Positions 1 through 13,200 of a DNA stretch of 64,000 nucleotides are shown one piece after another. Under the pieces are notes generated by a model. The model worked only from the letters and a program-made list of their open reading frames with translations, ran no database searches and was not told where the DNA came from. Each line of letters starts with the position of its first letter. Position 1 is the stretch's first letter. Source of the DNA: Octopus bimaculoides (Eukaryota); the NCBI RefSeq assembly GCF_001194135.2, contig NC_068995.1, forward strand, positions 40,123,659-40,187,658, written 5' to 3'. The position numbers and the translations under genes were made by a program.

Positions 1-409
1 GGAAGTTTAATTTTTTAACTCTGGCCAAAATTAGAAAGGAAGGCTTTAAAAAAAAAACCTAGCAAACCTTAATTCCCACACTTAATTGCAAAGTGTTCAT
101 GACATATGAGCTGTCTCACTTTCTATGATTGTGACATCCGGTGGTGCATAAAGTTTGTATCCCACAAAGTGATCTCATCAGTCTTGTGGAAATGACAATT
201 TTCATCTGTCCGAAGTGAAAAATTGGAAGAATACATAGAAAGAATATAGCCGTAAGTGAATGATAAAATGATGTCTGTAATACCGTTGATTATAGCTCAG
301 CTCAACCAGAGCTGGGTAGTGACTAAACAATAAATACAGCCATTGTTGAAACAGAATAACTTAACTGACACAACTTAAACAGCGTAGCGCAAACAGCATG
401 GATAGAATA

Positions 410-625
410 TCAGAGTTCAAATAACAGCTTGAATATTATGATTTAAATGGCATGTTTTAAATATCAGAATTTCAATGACATGGCTAATTAACGTAGTTTA
501 GACTAGCTTAAATGTCACAGTTTAAATGGCAAAGCTTATGTACCATGGTTTAAATCACATAATTTAATTACCATAGTTTAAATGACATAATTTAATTATC
601 ATAGTTTGAATGACATAGCTTAGAA
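410..625. repeat. Degenerate 14-bp minisatellite (consensus ~CATAGTTTAAATGA)
   Basis: Consecutive units such as cacagtttaaatgg, catggtttaaatca, cataatttaattac, catagtttaaatga, cataatttaattat, catagtttgaatga. Confidence 0.75.
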
Positions 626-1043
626 ATTTAACAAATCGTGCAGTTTTAAAATTTGGTTACTTGATGTTTAAAATGGGATTGATGAGGAGCTGATGTTAAG
701 GAAAACATATGGCATTATACAAAGTATGGTAAGATGGTGGAATTGAATGAAACGTGAGGTTGTCAGAATTATTATCGTACATAGCAAAGGCGGACCACAT
801 ATCAACCGACACGTTTCCATACTAACACAGCTAACTCAACAATGTTTGACATCTATACACACGCGCACATACCCATATATACACTCTCACATTGAGCACA
901 CACATATCACAAACGGAAGTACTCGAATGCACCAAGTGATATATAATGCAAGCACGTACGCGCATATACAATCGAACTAACGCACACACTCAATCGAACG
1001 AACACTTACATACACATTTACGCAAACATAAATTCACACGATA

Positions 1044-1101
<58 letters not shown>

Positions 1102-1430
1102 NNNNNNNNNNNNNNNNNNNNNNNNNNNNNNNNNNNNNNNNNNNNNNNNNNNNNNNNNNNNNNNNNNNNNNNNNNNNNNNNNNNNNNNNNNNNNNNNNNN
1201 NNNNNNNNNNNNNNNNNNNNNNNNNNNNNNNNNNNNNNNNNNNNNNNNNNNNNNNNNNNNNNNNNNNNNNNNNNNNNNNNNNNNNNNNNNNNNNNNNNNN
1301 NNNNNNNNNNNNNNNNNNNNNNNNNNNNNNNNNNNNNNNNNNNNNNNNNNNNNNNNNNNNNNNNNNNAAAAGAATAACAATTGTAAACAAACCATTTTAA
1401 TACATATACTCAAACGTGTTAGTACGTAGA

Positions 1431-1779
1431 GTGGAGGCGCAATGGCCTAGTGGTTAGGGCAGCGGATTCGCGGTCGTAGGATCGCGGTTTCGATTCCCAG
1501 ACCGGGCGTTGTGAGTGTTTATTGAGCGAAAACACCTAAAGCCCCACGAGGCTCCAGCAGGGGATGGTGGTGAACCCTGCTGTACTCTTTCACCACAACT
1601 TTCTCTCATTCTTTCTTCCTGTTGTGCCTGTAATTCAAAGGACCAGCCTTGTCACACTCTTTGTCACGCTGACTCTCCCCCGAGAACTACGTTAAGGATA
1701 CACGTTAATTTCACGAGTAGGCTGTTACGCTGATCGGATCAACTGGAACCCTCGTCGTCGTAACCGACGGAGTGCCAAC
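1431..1779 (+). mobile_element. tRNA-derived SINE family A, copy with internal deletion
   Basis: Head GTGGAGGCGCAATGGCCTAGTGG (A box) and GGTTTCGATTCC (B box), family body and GGAGTGCCAAC end. Flanked by TAGTACGTA on both sides. Lacks the segment between two CACGT microhomologies. Confidence 0.9.
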
Positions 1780-2389
1780 TAGTACGTATACATGGGCGGT
1801 ACACACACGCGCGCGTGCGGAGAGTAAAAGTTAGAGATTCGAACGTATATATAAAGTCAGAAATAGAGCAACTTCGTGAAACGTTGAGGAGGGAGAAAAC
1901 AAGTTCGTTAGAAGCACAATTGAGGAAACAACCACTACACTACTTTGATGTATCGCTATGTTGTGTGTTTGTATAATACGCGTGTGTGTTTAGATATGTG
2001 TCTCTAATGTATGTGAGCGTGAATGTATATAAGTATGCATGTATGTATGTATGCACGTACGTATATCTATGTGTGAAAGTATGTCTACAGGGAGAGTGGA
2101 ACAGATGACTCTAGTGTACAAGTGTATTAGGAGTACTTCATATCCACCTACACACATGCACACGCATATATGCGTATGTCTGCATATATATATAAACACA
2201 CGCTTATATATATATATGCAAATACTTCAACCCATACATCCATACATACTCACATACACGCACATGCACACACGCACACACACACACACACACCCGCATA
2301 TATTCTTGTAAGAGAAAAATAAAATGGAGAAATTAATATATTGACATCAGTTTATTTGAACAAATTCCATTCAGCATAACATCAAATTC

Positions 2390-3370
2390 TTTACACCTAC
2401 AGTTGTTTCCATACCCAATTAATTAAATTTTCATATCGAATATCGTAAACTGGGGAGTTCGTCAGGGGATAGAATTTGTTAGAAAGGAGCTACATGGAGC
2501 AGTAGAACAAAAGGAAAAAAACCACTTATATGTATCTTTTTATAAGAATAACATTATTTGAGTTATTATTCCATTCGCCAAGCAAATTAAGAATAATTCA
2601 GTTGGATCCTTGTACAAACTTTTTTACAAACATTTACCAAGGAAAATATAGATATTATGAAATAATTAACCCCAGATTTCTCAGAGTTGCTTATTTAGTT
2701 TCTGATAACTTGTCCCAGATTATTTCTTCCCTGAATGAGCGAAAATTTTGTCTGATTTTTATAACAATAATCACCCTAATTAAATACAACAATTATTATT
2801 CTCTAGGAAAAAATGTTAGTGATACAGGAATTCATAATTCCTCTAATGTACAAGGGGAAGCAACCCACATTAAATCCTATCTCAACCTGAAAGATATAGG
2901 TAACACTGTAAATAACAATTGCACCGAATGTTAAGATATAATTCAAAATAATAATATGAGTAGTAATGATATGCATTGTGATTGCAAGGTTAAAAGTAAC
3001 TGTTTATTTTAAAATCACTGTGAACAAAAGAATGTTGTATATAGATGTAGAGTAATGTCTGAAGGTAAGAGTTTCTTTTACATCGGAGCAACGGAAAATG
3101 ATATCAAGAAACGCATCTCTAATCACATTTACACCTTCAATAATAGAAACAAGTTATCTTGTACCAGCCTCAGTAAATTTATTATAATTTAAATGGCATG
3201 TTTAAATTATAATATCTGACCGGCAGACATACAGACATCACACACGTAATTAGCGGCTGCCTAAAAGAGTCATCAAGGTACTACCTCCTTATGCGACATG
3301 TTGTCGCAAAAACAATATACAATGCCATTCAGAAAAAAGACTGTCCTGGAATAAATATAGAGAATCCCCC
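2390..3370 (+). mobile_element. Penelope-like element relic (GIY-YIG region)
   Basis: Broken frame CDCKVKSNCLF*NHCEQKNVVYRCRVMSEGKSFFYIGATENDIKKRISNHIYTF resembles the PLE Cys-rich + GIY-YIG endonuclease. Confidence 0.65.
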
Positions 3371-3572
3371 TGTTATTGAATACGTACACAAATATCAGCA
3401 CAAGGAATACTGGTGAAATACTTTTTATTAAAACATATGTTCGTCTTTTCTCAAGTTTAAAATGTTACATTGCTTTCATTATCAACATTCCAAAGATGGA
3501 GCTTTGTACCTTTGTTAAAAACCAGCTCCTTCTTCAGAGGAAGAATTCGAATGATTAATAACAAAAGAGATA

Positions 3573-3603
<31 letters not shown>

Positions 3604-4639
3604 GATGTGTATGTGTGTATCTGTGGCCATTACTATTTGCCCGGTGAGCAATCAAGACTCTCAAATAACTACGACTTAGATAAAGAGGGCTGCGTTGTTA
3701 AATGCATGTTTTGCAGCAACATGCACAGAAAACAAAGGGTAAGGTACCGGTCGCTACTGCATCGTGAACATATGCGAACTATTATTCTGGGAGCGTAAAC
3801 AGGGCAGATACGGTGACAAACATATTACAAGCAGACATACCGAATGATGTTATCTGATAAGCTGCACAGGGATACTAATTACCACAACCTGCTAAATATA
3901 GAGAGTAAAAGGTTTCAGTATAAACTAATGTAAAGTGTTAGATTTCTTGATTTCGAATCTCAGTGACGTCGGCAAATGAAATGTTTGGCATTGGGCGGTT
4001 GGGTAGATTGATGTACGATAGAGACTAGGAAAGAGCGTGTGGGGAAGAGGGTTTAAAGGGGTACTACAATCATTAGTTATCTCTCTTTTCGCGTTATATA
4101 TGTATGCGTGTATTAGTGTGGATATTTGCTCACAAATACACGTGCACGCTCAGATATGAGTGAGTGCATATATATANNNNNNNNNNNNNNNNNNNNNNNN
4201 NNNNNNNNNNNNNNNNNNNNNNNNNNNNNNNNNNNNNNNNNNNNNNNNNNNNNNNNNNNNNNNNNNNNNNNNNNNNNNNNNNNNNNNNNNNNNNNNNNNN
4301 NNNNNNTGTATATATATATACATATATAGCAATAAGAAAATGGAGGAGAATATGCGGTATCCATCGACTTGCAGACAGTGTATTCCGTTGATTAATTTGT
4401 TTATTTTATAACTAAAATGGCAAAACCCACAATATACAGATGCTTATGACATACCATGTCATATTAACAATTAAGGTTACAAATACAAAGTACATTTAGC
4501 AATTGGAGAATATACAGAAACTTACAGCTGTTTCGGCCTAGCGTTAGCATGCCCCATTCTATCTCTATAGCTACTGTGCGCCGGAGCAATTAGCAGATGA
4601 AAATGATGTAATGAGGGTACATGCATGATTCGCTAGGCC

Positions 4640-5990
4640 TCTTCAGAGATTCACAAAATTCAATACAAATATAAATAAAAAATAAAAATGAAAAGAAGAA
4701 TAAAGTAAAAATAAAGTAAAAATAAAAATAAAAATAAATGAAAAATGGAAATATAAAAAAAAATATACGGGGATGTGCCGAAAAAATTTTGATAAACGAT
4801 ACTGTACTGTCTGAAGTGAGAAAAACAGCAAAGAAGCCTTGTAACAGTATGACTTGATTATAAGAAAGCATTCGACTCTGTACTCTAGTCATAGCTGCTG
4901 AAGTTTCTACATTTGGTAAAGTGCCTGCTAAGTTAATTACTGCTATTGAGAGGCTCACAAACACTTGGACAACAATTCCTACAGTTAAAACTGAGAGCGG
5001 AATGATCTTCTTCAGTGTTATAAATATTTCAAAGGGAATATTCTAAGGAGATAGTCTTCCTGTAATTCTATTTATTTTGGCATTAAATCTACTATCATTT
5101 CTGCTATAAAAATCAAATGGCTATATGTTAGAAACATTAAAACAACTGCTAGAAATATTAAGATAGCTCATAATTTCTTTGTGAATGACACCCAAGATTT
5201 ATGCAAAAAGTGTTAATAATACCAAAAACACAGGTAGAATTAATAACATTTTCAGCTGACATAACAATGGAATTTGGCTAAAAGAAATGTTAATATTTGA
5301 TTGTTCAACAGAGAAAATCAGTTCCTCAGATCCAAAATCTGTGCACCAATGGTCTCACTATCTCTCTCAGCGCACACAAAGAAAGCTACAAGTACCTAGG
5401 CATTCATGAAAACATATACAAAAGTAGTGTGAATAAAGATGTGACCGGGAATATTGTGCCAGAATATTGTAGAAAAATATGGTAGTCGGAATTCTCCTCT
5501 AACAACAATATTTCACAATGCATTTGCAGTACCAGTGCTGATTCCAACATTTTGGATTCTGGACTAGTCTGTAGAAGTAATCCACTCCATAGACGTTAAA
5601 ACCCGCAAGATATTGACATTAACTGAAAAATTTCCACAGGAAAAGTGATATCGATGGGCTCTACCTAAGAAGAGATGAAGTACGTAGAGACTTCAGAATA
5701 GTGCAGACAGACTTAGGATATCGTGTTGTATCTCTCAGATAGCACTTGCTAAACAACAGCAGCAAAAAATAAATACATTAACTTAGTGAGGAAAAGGGAA
5801 GAGAACAGTATCATACGTGTCGGAAGTGAGCTCGTCAGGAAGCACTCTCTTCTTGATGACATTCCATACAACCCCAAAACCTTCAACGAAGACCTGAATG
5901 TGAAACTCTCTGCATACCAAAAAAAAAACTACTATGCATGGGCATGTTTCCTGAAGACTTGAAGAATGTAATATCGGCCCGAAATGCAGC
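4640..5990 (+). mobile_element. Degenerate non-LTR retrotransposon RT, R4/Dong-like
   Basis: Interrupted motifs GIF*GDSLPVILFILALNLLSFLL, ESYKYLGIHE and AFAVPVLIPTFWILD*SVEVIHSIDVKTRKIL. Confidence 0.7.
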
Positions 5991-6030
5991 CTTTCTGGGA
6001 CACGTGACCGCTACATCACATCACAATTCG

Positions 6031-6107
6031 AAGGCGAGCTAGCAGAAACGTTAGCACGCTGGGCGAAATGCTTAGCGGTATTTCGTCTGTCTTTACGTTC
6101 TGAGTTC

Positions 6108-6112
<5 letters not shown>
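6031..6112 (+). mobile_element. SINE family C 5' fragment
   Basis: AAGGCGAGCTAGCAGAAACGTTAGCACGCTGGGCGAAATGCTTAGCGG...TTCTGAGTTCAAATT, the same head as other family C copies. Confidence 0.75.
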
Positions 6113-6143
<31 letters not shown>

Positions 6144-6158
6144 GTATGTATGTATGGG

Positions 6159-6250
<92 letters not shown>

Positions 6251-8111
6251 GTTATATTTTACAGATTTAATGTTTTAGCAAACCATCTACGTTTTCACTA
6301 ATTCAATAGCACCTCGGAAACTGAATATCTTGAATCTGTAAAAGCAGTTATGCTATAGGGTGCGGCAACAAACCTCCAAGATTCACCATTTTTGATAACT
6401 GTTTCTATAACAAACGCACAATGTGCCCCGGTCTAAACCATGTTGGGTACTGAATATAGAGAAAAACGATAAAACGTTAGCTACATGAAGATGCCATTAC
6501 TACCAAACTAACTTCTCTTGCACCACATCAACAGCCATGTAAAATACGAGGGGTTTTGTGATTTGTAGGAAAATTTCCTCACGAAATATGACTTCACAGA
6601 ACTAGCGTCAGAGAATCAAAGAACATAAATATATCGTAGGTGAAAATACGTACTGCTATTTTTGTAATCATATACCGATATTCAAATATACACAAACATC
6701 TCAATGTAACAAAATATATAAGTAAACAGAAAAAATAATTTAGCGAAAATGTGATACCTAATTAAATCAATTATGATAGCTTATAATAAATTGGTTAAAT
6801 ATATAAACAAATGGAACTTGAAATCTATGAGTGATACAGCAGACCTAATCTTAAGCATGTGCAAACACTCAAGTGACGCGTATTTGCATATAAAACGCTA
6901 TCTACGTCTTTGCTCTTTTATATACTTATATATACTTCTAAATATACATGCACATTCTTGCACTGTCCCATACATACATACATACATACATACATACATA
7001 CATACATACATACATACGTACGTACGTACATACATGCTACATGGATGCATACGTAAAAATATACATACGTATATGCGCACACACACAACATACTATTATA
7101 CAGACATATATAGACTTATGTGCATTCACAAGCATACCCGTATGCACAAATATCAATACATCTATACATACACACGCACATGCACACAGACCCATACACA
7201 TACATGGAAATATTACGTTCCACACGCATACATACATACATACATACATACATACATACGCGCGTGTGTGTGTGTGGGCGTCTTTATATGGACGGATATA
7301 TAGTTCTTTACGCATCATTATTACGGCTCAGATTTACAAAGGATGCGTTGATGGCTGGTTAATTATGTCATTACGGCACCGGTAATGTATAATATAATAG
7401 CCACTGATGGGATTTGAAAGTAGTTCCTTCTCCTTCGTAAACTCCCTCATTAACAGATTTACTGTCTACTAATGGCAAACCCCACATTAAGTATCATATT
7501 CCACTAAGCTGCTTTATGTACATACATATATACTCACATACATATCTGTCTATATATACACATATATTTATACATGTGTGTGTGTATGCATGCACGCACA
7601 CATACATACACACATGTATGTATGTATGTATGTATGTATGTATGTATGCTTGTTTGTATGTATGTATGTGTGTGTATTTGCATGTATGAATGTATGTATA
7701 TGACAGCGTAGTACAGTCATTCAAGCAGATATATATTATTTTGCGCAAACAGATGTTTGCAGAAGCTCATACGCAAACGCACGAATATAAATGCGAACAC
7801 GCGCTCGCACTCGCGCTCACACACCAACGCGCGCGCTCACACTCATGCCGACGCACACACATTAAGCAAACACTTGCGCAGACACACGTACGAGCGCGTA
7901 CACACACACANNNNNNNNNNNNNNNNNNNNNNNNNNNNNNNNNNNNNNNNNNNNNNNNNNNNNNNNNNNNNNNNNNNNNNNNNNNNNNNNNNNNNNNNNN
8001 NNNNNNNNNNNNNNNNNNNNNNNNNNNNNNNNNNNNNNNNNNNNNATATATATGTATGTATATATATGTGTATATATATATATATATATACGTATATATT
8101 TATCTATATAC

Positions 8112-8145
<34 letters not shown>

Positions 8146-8283
8146 GCACACACACATATCTTCTTTTCTTTTTACTTGTTTCCGTCATTTAACTGCGGCC
8201 ATGCTGGGGTACCGGCTTCAAGGATTTTAGTTGAACGAATCGAACCCAACGCTTGTATCTTTAAAAGCCTGGTAATTATTGTA

Positions 8284-9002
8284 TGCAATGACTAAGAAAA
8301 ATAGTCTAATAATGGGGCATATAAGACCTCGATAGAAAAAAAAAACTAGGGTTTTCTCTCCGTGTGGGACTCGAACCCACATTCCTTTGTTAACGCGACT
8401 GTGTTACCACTACACCAGCGAATTAGCTTCCCTGTGTCTGTCAAATTCAAGAACTATATTAGTTCGTAGTTGTTTTTGTAAACAAACTTTCTATGTACTT
8501 TCGATGCTGATGGTTTTGTTATACGGTACAGGGTTTTAAAATCCTGTAAATAATAATTATAGTAATTGTATAAGCCTGTTATTATTTACAAGATTTTAAA
8601 ACCCGGCACGTATAACAAAACCTTTCGCACCGAAGTATATATATATATATATATATTATAATAGAATAGTTACTATGAAGCATTGTGTAGAATATATTGT
8701 ATAAAAGATCGTGAATGGCCAAAGCAATGTGAAGTAAATGCAAAGTATATCACAAGAAAACAAATATGTGAATTAATGTAGACTTACCTTGTATTCAATA
8801 TTTTGGGGTTATAACCCATTTTCAAGAAATTCACGAATGTTGCGGATGTGCGTCGTCAATCTCTTGAAAATGGGATCATAGCCCCGAAATATTGAATACA
8901 AGGTAAGTCTACATTAATTCACGTATTGTTTTCTTGTGATTTACCTTGCATTTACTTCGCATTGTTTTGGCCTTTTCCACGATCTTTTATACAATATATA
9001 TA
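8284..9002. mobile_element. Composite element: terminal arm, tRNA-like A/B boxes (minus strand) and two long palindromes
   Basis: Arm 8284-8365 is homologous to the 29556 hairpin arm. Minus-strand TGGTGTAGTGG and GTGGG-TTCGAGT-CCCAC at 8363-8421. Inverted repeats at 8496-8637 and 8692-8999. Runs into a gap. Confidence 0.6.
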
Positions 9003-9837
9003 NNNNNNNNNNNNNNNNNNNNNNNNNNNNNNNNNNNNNNNNNNNNNNNNNNNNNNNNNNNNNNNNNNNNNNNNNNNNNNNNNNNNNNNNNNNNNNNNNN
9101 NNNNNNNNNNNNNNNNNNNNNNNNNNNNNNNNNNNNNNNNNNNNNNNNNNNNNNNNNNNNNNNNNNNNNNNNNNNNNNNNNNNNNNNNNNNNNNNNNNNN
9201 NNNNNNNNNNNNNNNNNNNNNNNNNNNNNNNNNNNNNNNNNNNNNNNNNNNNNNNNNNNNNNNNNNNNNNNNNNNNNNNNNNNNNNNNNNNNNNNNNNNN
9301 NNNNNNNNNNNNNNNNNNNNNNNNNNNNNNNNNNNNNNNNNNNNNNNNNNNNNNNNNNNNNNNNNNNNNNNNNNNNNNNNNNNNNNNNNNNNNNNNNNNN
9401 NNNNNNNNNNNNNNNNNNNNNNNNNNNNNNNNNNNNNNNNNNNNNNNNNNNNNNNNNNNNNNNNNNNNNNNNNNNNNNNNNNNNNNNNNNNNNNNNNNNN
9501 NNNNNNNNNNNNNNNNNNNNNNNNNNNNNNNNNNNNNNNNNNNNNNNNNNNNNNNNNNNNNNNNNNNNNNNNNNNNNNNNNNNNNNNNNNNNNNNNNNNN
9601 NNNNNNNNNNNNNNNNNNNNNNNNNNNNNNNNNNNTAATGTAATATAAAGCTGAAGCAAATTAACACCAAATATACAGTGCGTGTGTTTTTATTGGCTAA
9701 ACTGGCAATATGACCATCCCCAAGTACAACAATATATATATATGTATATATATATATGTATATATATATATGTATATATATATGTATATATACATGTATG
9801 TATGTATGTATGTATGTATGTATGTATGTATATATAT

Positions 9838-10012
9838 ACAACGGACTTCTCTCAGTTTCCGTCTACCAAATCCACTCGCTGGGTTTTGGGCAGCCCGAGG
9901 CTATAGAAGAAGACACTTGTTCAAGATGCCACGCAGTGGGACTGAACCCGGAAAGACAATGTGTTTGAGTAGCGAGTTTCTTACCATACAGTAACACTTG
10001 CACCTAAAATAT
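9838..10012 (-). mobile_element. SINE family D 5' part
   Basis: Reverse complement of the GGTTCAGTCCCACTGCGTGGCA..GGATTTGGTAGACGGAAACTGA head, next to a TA/TATG microsatellite. Confidence 0.75.
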
Positions 10013-10490
10013 GTATTTGCGTGTTTGTGTGTGCGTGTGTGTGTGAAGAATGGACCTCTCAAAAAAAAAAAAGACTCAACACATGGTGATACTTATATTC
10101 TTAGAACTCTTTGACATGTCTACCTAAACAGAAACCTGCAGAGGAACACATGGTGTACATCAACAATAAACTATGCAAAGGTATTTTACCGTAAAACTTG
10201 TAAATGTTGCCATTATTGGCTCATGTCTTACAGTCTACATCTCGTCACACATCGAATGATATGACTTTGCAACACAACAGCAAGAGATAATTTCAAAATA
10301 CCTCATCAAGTAAGGAGATAATGAAGCCTTTTTTGCCAATCTACATCTCTTGCTATGCATATTCAGGCGCGCGCGCGTGTGTGTGTGTGTGTGTGTGTTT
10401 GTTTGTTTGTGTTTGTGTGTACATGTAGCTGTGTACCTGTAAAACGTAAAAAACATGAGTGTGTGCGAGTGCATATGTATATACCTATAT

Positions 10491-10548
<58 letters not shown>

Positions 10549-10828
10549 NNNNNNNNNNNNNNNNNNNNNNNNNNNNNNNNNNNNNNNNNNNNNNNNNNNN
10601 NNNNNNNNNNNNNNNNNNNNNNNNNNNNNNNNNNNNNNNNNNNNNNNNNNNNNNNNNNNNNNNNNNNNNNNNNNNNNNNNNNNNNNNNNNNNNNNNNNNN
10701 NNNNNNNNNNNNNNNNNNNNNNNNNNNNNNNNNNNNNNNNNNNNNNNNNNNNNNNNNNNNNNNNNNNNNNNNNNNNNNNNNNNNNNNNNNNNNNNNNNNN
10801 NNNNNNNNNNNNNNNNNNNNNNNNNNNN

Positions 10829-10867
<39 letters not shown>

Positions 10868-11499
10868 TGTATGTGCATGTATGTATCTATACATACAAAC
10901 ACATCTACGTAAATATACATATGTGCAAATACAAGGAGTAATACACACACATAAGCAAGTGTGCACGCAATCAAACTTCGACAGTCTATCTCTTACACAC
11001 CTTCACACACGAAAACAAATGCACACACCTTCGTAGACACACACACACGCACACACACACACACAAGGAAATACGCACTCACACAGGTACGGTAAGCGTC
11101 GATTAATTTAATCTAACGATCTAAGCTCGCTCTAGAAGCTGAGCTGCGCTGAGCTAAGCAGAGATAGACAACTATTTGATAACAACACATCTCAATGTTT
11201 CTGAAATAATTTCAACGATATTTTTGTAGTTATCTATTCAGGTGCAATATAAACTACACCAATAGGTGAATGTTCGCGAGTAACTTATGTGTGTGCCAAT
11301 GTCTATACACTCGCGCGTACATACACAATGTACGTGTGTGTATGGTGAGGGAGGGTTAGGAACACAGGTCGAAAATATTTGCTGATGTATTACCCGAATA
11401 CTAAGTTGAAAGAAAGACATGACTCTAAAAAGAGAGAAAAATTTATCGGAAGACAAATAGATTGAAAGTATCAGAGCAAAAGAGAGAACAAAACATTCC

Positions 11500-11740
11500 A
11501 CGGTAATATTGATTTCAAATTTTGGTACAAGACCAGCAATTTTCGCGAAATAAATCGATTACATCGACCCCCGTATATCTATTTCTTTATTGCCCACAGG
11601 GAGCTAAAGATATATGGGACAAACAAGGACAAACAAAGGGATTGAGTCGATTACATCGACTCCAGTGCGTAACTGGTATTTATTTAATCGACCCCGAAAA
11701 GATGAAAGGCAAAGTTGGGGGAAATTGAACTCAGAACGTG
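11500..11740 (-). mobile_element. SINE family C (Nin/Deu-like central domain)
   Basis: Reverse complement of CTTTGCCTTTCATC..TTCGGGGTCGATTAAATAAATACCAGTT. Confidence 0.7.
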
Positions 11741-11958
11741 AGTCGTAATATTAACTTTCGTTGTAATATTAACTTTTTTACAAAGTCATTCGTGAAAATA
11801 TATTGAAAAAGTAACATAACGCAATGCTTCATTGATATTTGAATTAACTGCAACAACGTTTTAAAGTTGTGTTCTGGTCGTTTCTCTATGTAAGAAATAA
11901 CTATTACTAAGTCGATAAGTGGCGTTGCAATGTTTTCTGCCTTATAGTGACGACAGGG

Positions 11959-12569
11959 GAGGCGCAATGGCCCAGTGGTTAGGGCAACGGACTCGCGGTC
12001 ATAGGATCGCGGTTTCGATTCCCCGACCGGGTGTTGTGCGTGTTTATTGAGCTAAAACACCTAAAGCTCCACGAGGCTCCGGCAGGGTATGGTGGTGAAC
12101 CCTGCTGTACTCTTTCACCACAACTCTCTCTCACTCTTACTTCCTGTTTCTGTTGTGCCTGTAATTCAAAGGGTCAGCCTTGTCACACTGTGTCACGCTG
12201 AATATCCCCGAGAACTACGTTAATGGTACACGTGCACTGTGGAGTGCTCAGCCACTTGCANNNNNNNNNNTATTGAGCTAAAACACCTAAAGCTCCACGA
12301 GGCTCCGGCAGGGTATGGTGGTGAACCCTGCTGTACTCTTTCACCACAACTCTCTCTCACTCTTACTTCCTGTTTCTGTTGTGCCTGTAATTCAAAGGGT
12401 CAGCCTTGTCACACTGTGTCACGCTGAATATCCCCGAGAACTACGTTAATGGTACACGTGCACTGTGGAGTGCTCAGCCACTTGCACGTTTATTTCACGA
12501 GCAGGCTGTTCCGTTGATCGAATTAACTGGAACCCTCGACGTCGTAAGCGACGGAGTGCCAACAACAAC
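11959..12569 (+). mobile_element. SINE family A; internal 216 bp duplicated across a 10-N gap (assembly overlap)
   Basis: TSD AGTGA(C/A)GACAGGG at 11946-11958 and 12570-12582. 12045-12260 is identical to 12271-12486. Confidence 0.9.
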
Positions 12570-13045
12570 AGTGAAGACAGGGCTCCTGCGATTCCGAGAG
12601 CGATGCCGTCAGAAACATTAATTTGGTTAAAGCTACCCACAGTCGGAAGGTCAAAATCAATAAAGTCTTGAGAATGACCCAAAGTACCATCGAGATGATC
12701 TTAACGCTAGATTCAACGGAAAAAGTTTATTTGAACTAAACAGCTGTGAAGATGAATGAAGGTTGTAACAGTCCCATCGTCTTTGGTTTGTTATTGGATT
12801 TAATTCGTACCGATCTGTGAAGCATAGTGTGCAGTACGCGTTCGAGTGTGAAGTTCTCGTTTAATATATACATGTAGAAGTTTATTCGTTCTGTAATTCA
12901 GCACATGCTCTTTTGGTGATCGCTGAAAAGAAACAGAATTAACCAAATAACAGCTGGAAGCAGCAGCTAGTCAAGAATCGGCATGAAGGTTTTGCGAATC
13001 TGTATATAGATCCAATCTCACTTGACTTTGTGAGTGTGTACTTCT

Positions 13046-13200
13046 GGCACTCCGTCTGTTACGACGACGACGACAGTTCCAGTTGATGCTATCAACGGAA
13101 CAGCCTGCTCGTAAATTTAACGCGCATGTGGCTGAGCACTCCACAGACACCGCGTACCCTTAACGCAGTTCTCAGGGATATTCAACAAGACACAGAATGT
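13046..13200 (-). mobile_element. SINE family A, diverged 5'-truncated copy
   Basis: GGCACTCCGTC...CAACGGAACAGCCTGCTCGT...GGCTGAGCACTCCACAGACAC matches the reverse complement of the family A 3' half. Confidence 0.8.

Noticed and set aside
4515-4545. Minus-strand GGCCGAAACAGCTGTA, a half hammerhead
   Set aside because: No CUGANGA partner nearby.
8363-8421. Functional tRNA gene
   Set aside because: Only A/B boxes and the T-arm are intact; no acceptor or anticodon stems.
12045-12486. Apparent tandem duplication inside SINE A
   Set aside because: Exact 216-bp overlap either side of a 10-N placeholder gap with a single TSD pair: unmerged contig overlap.
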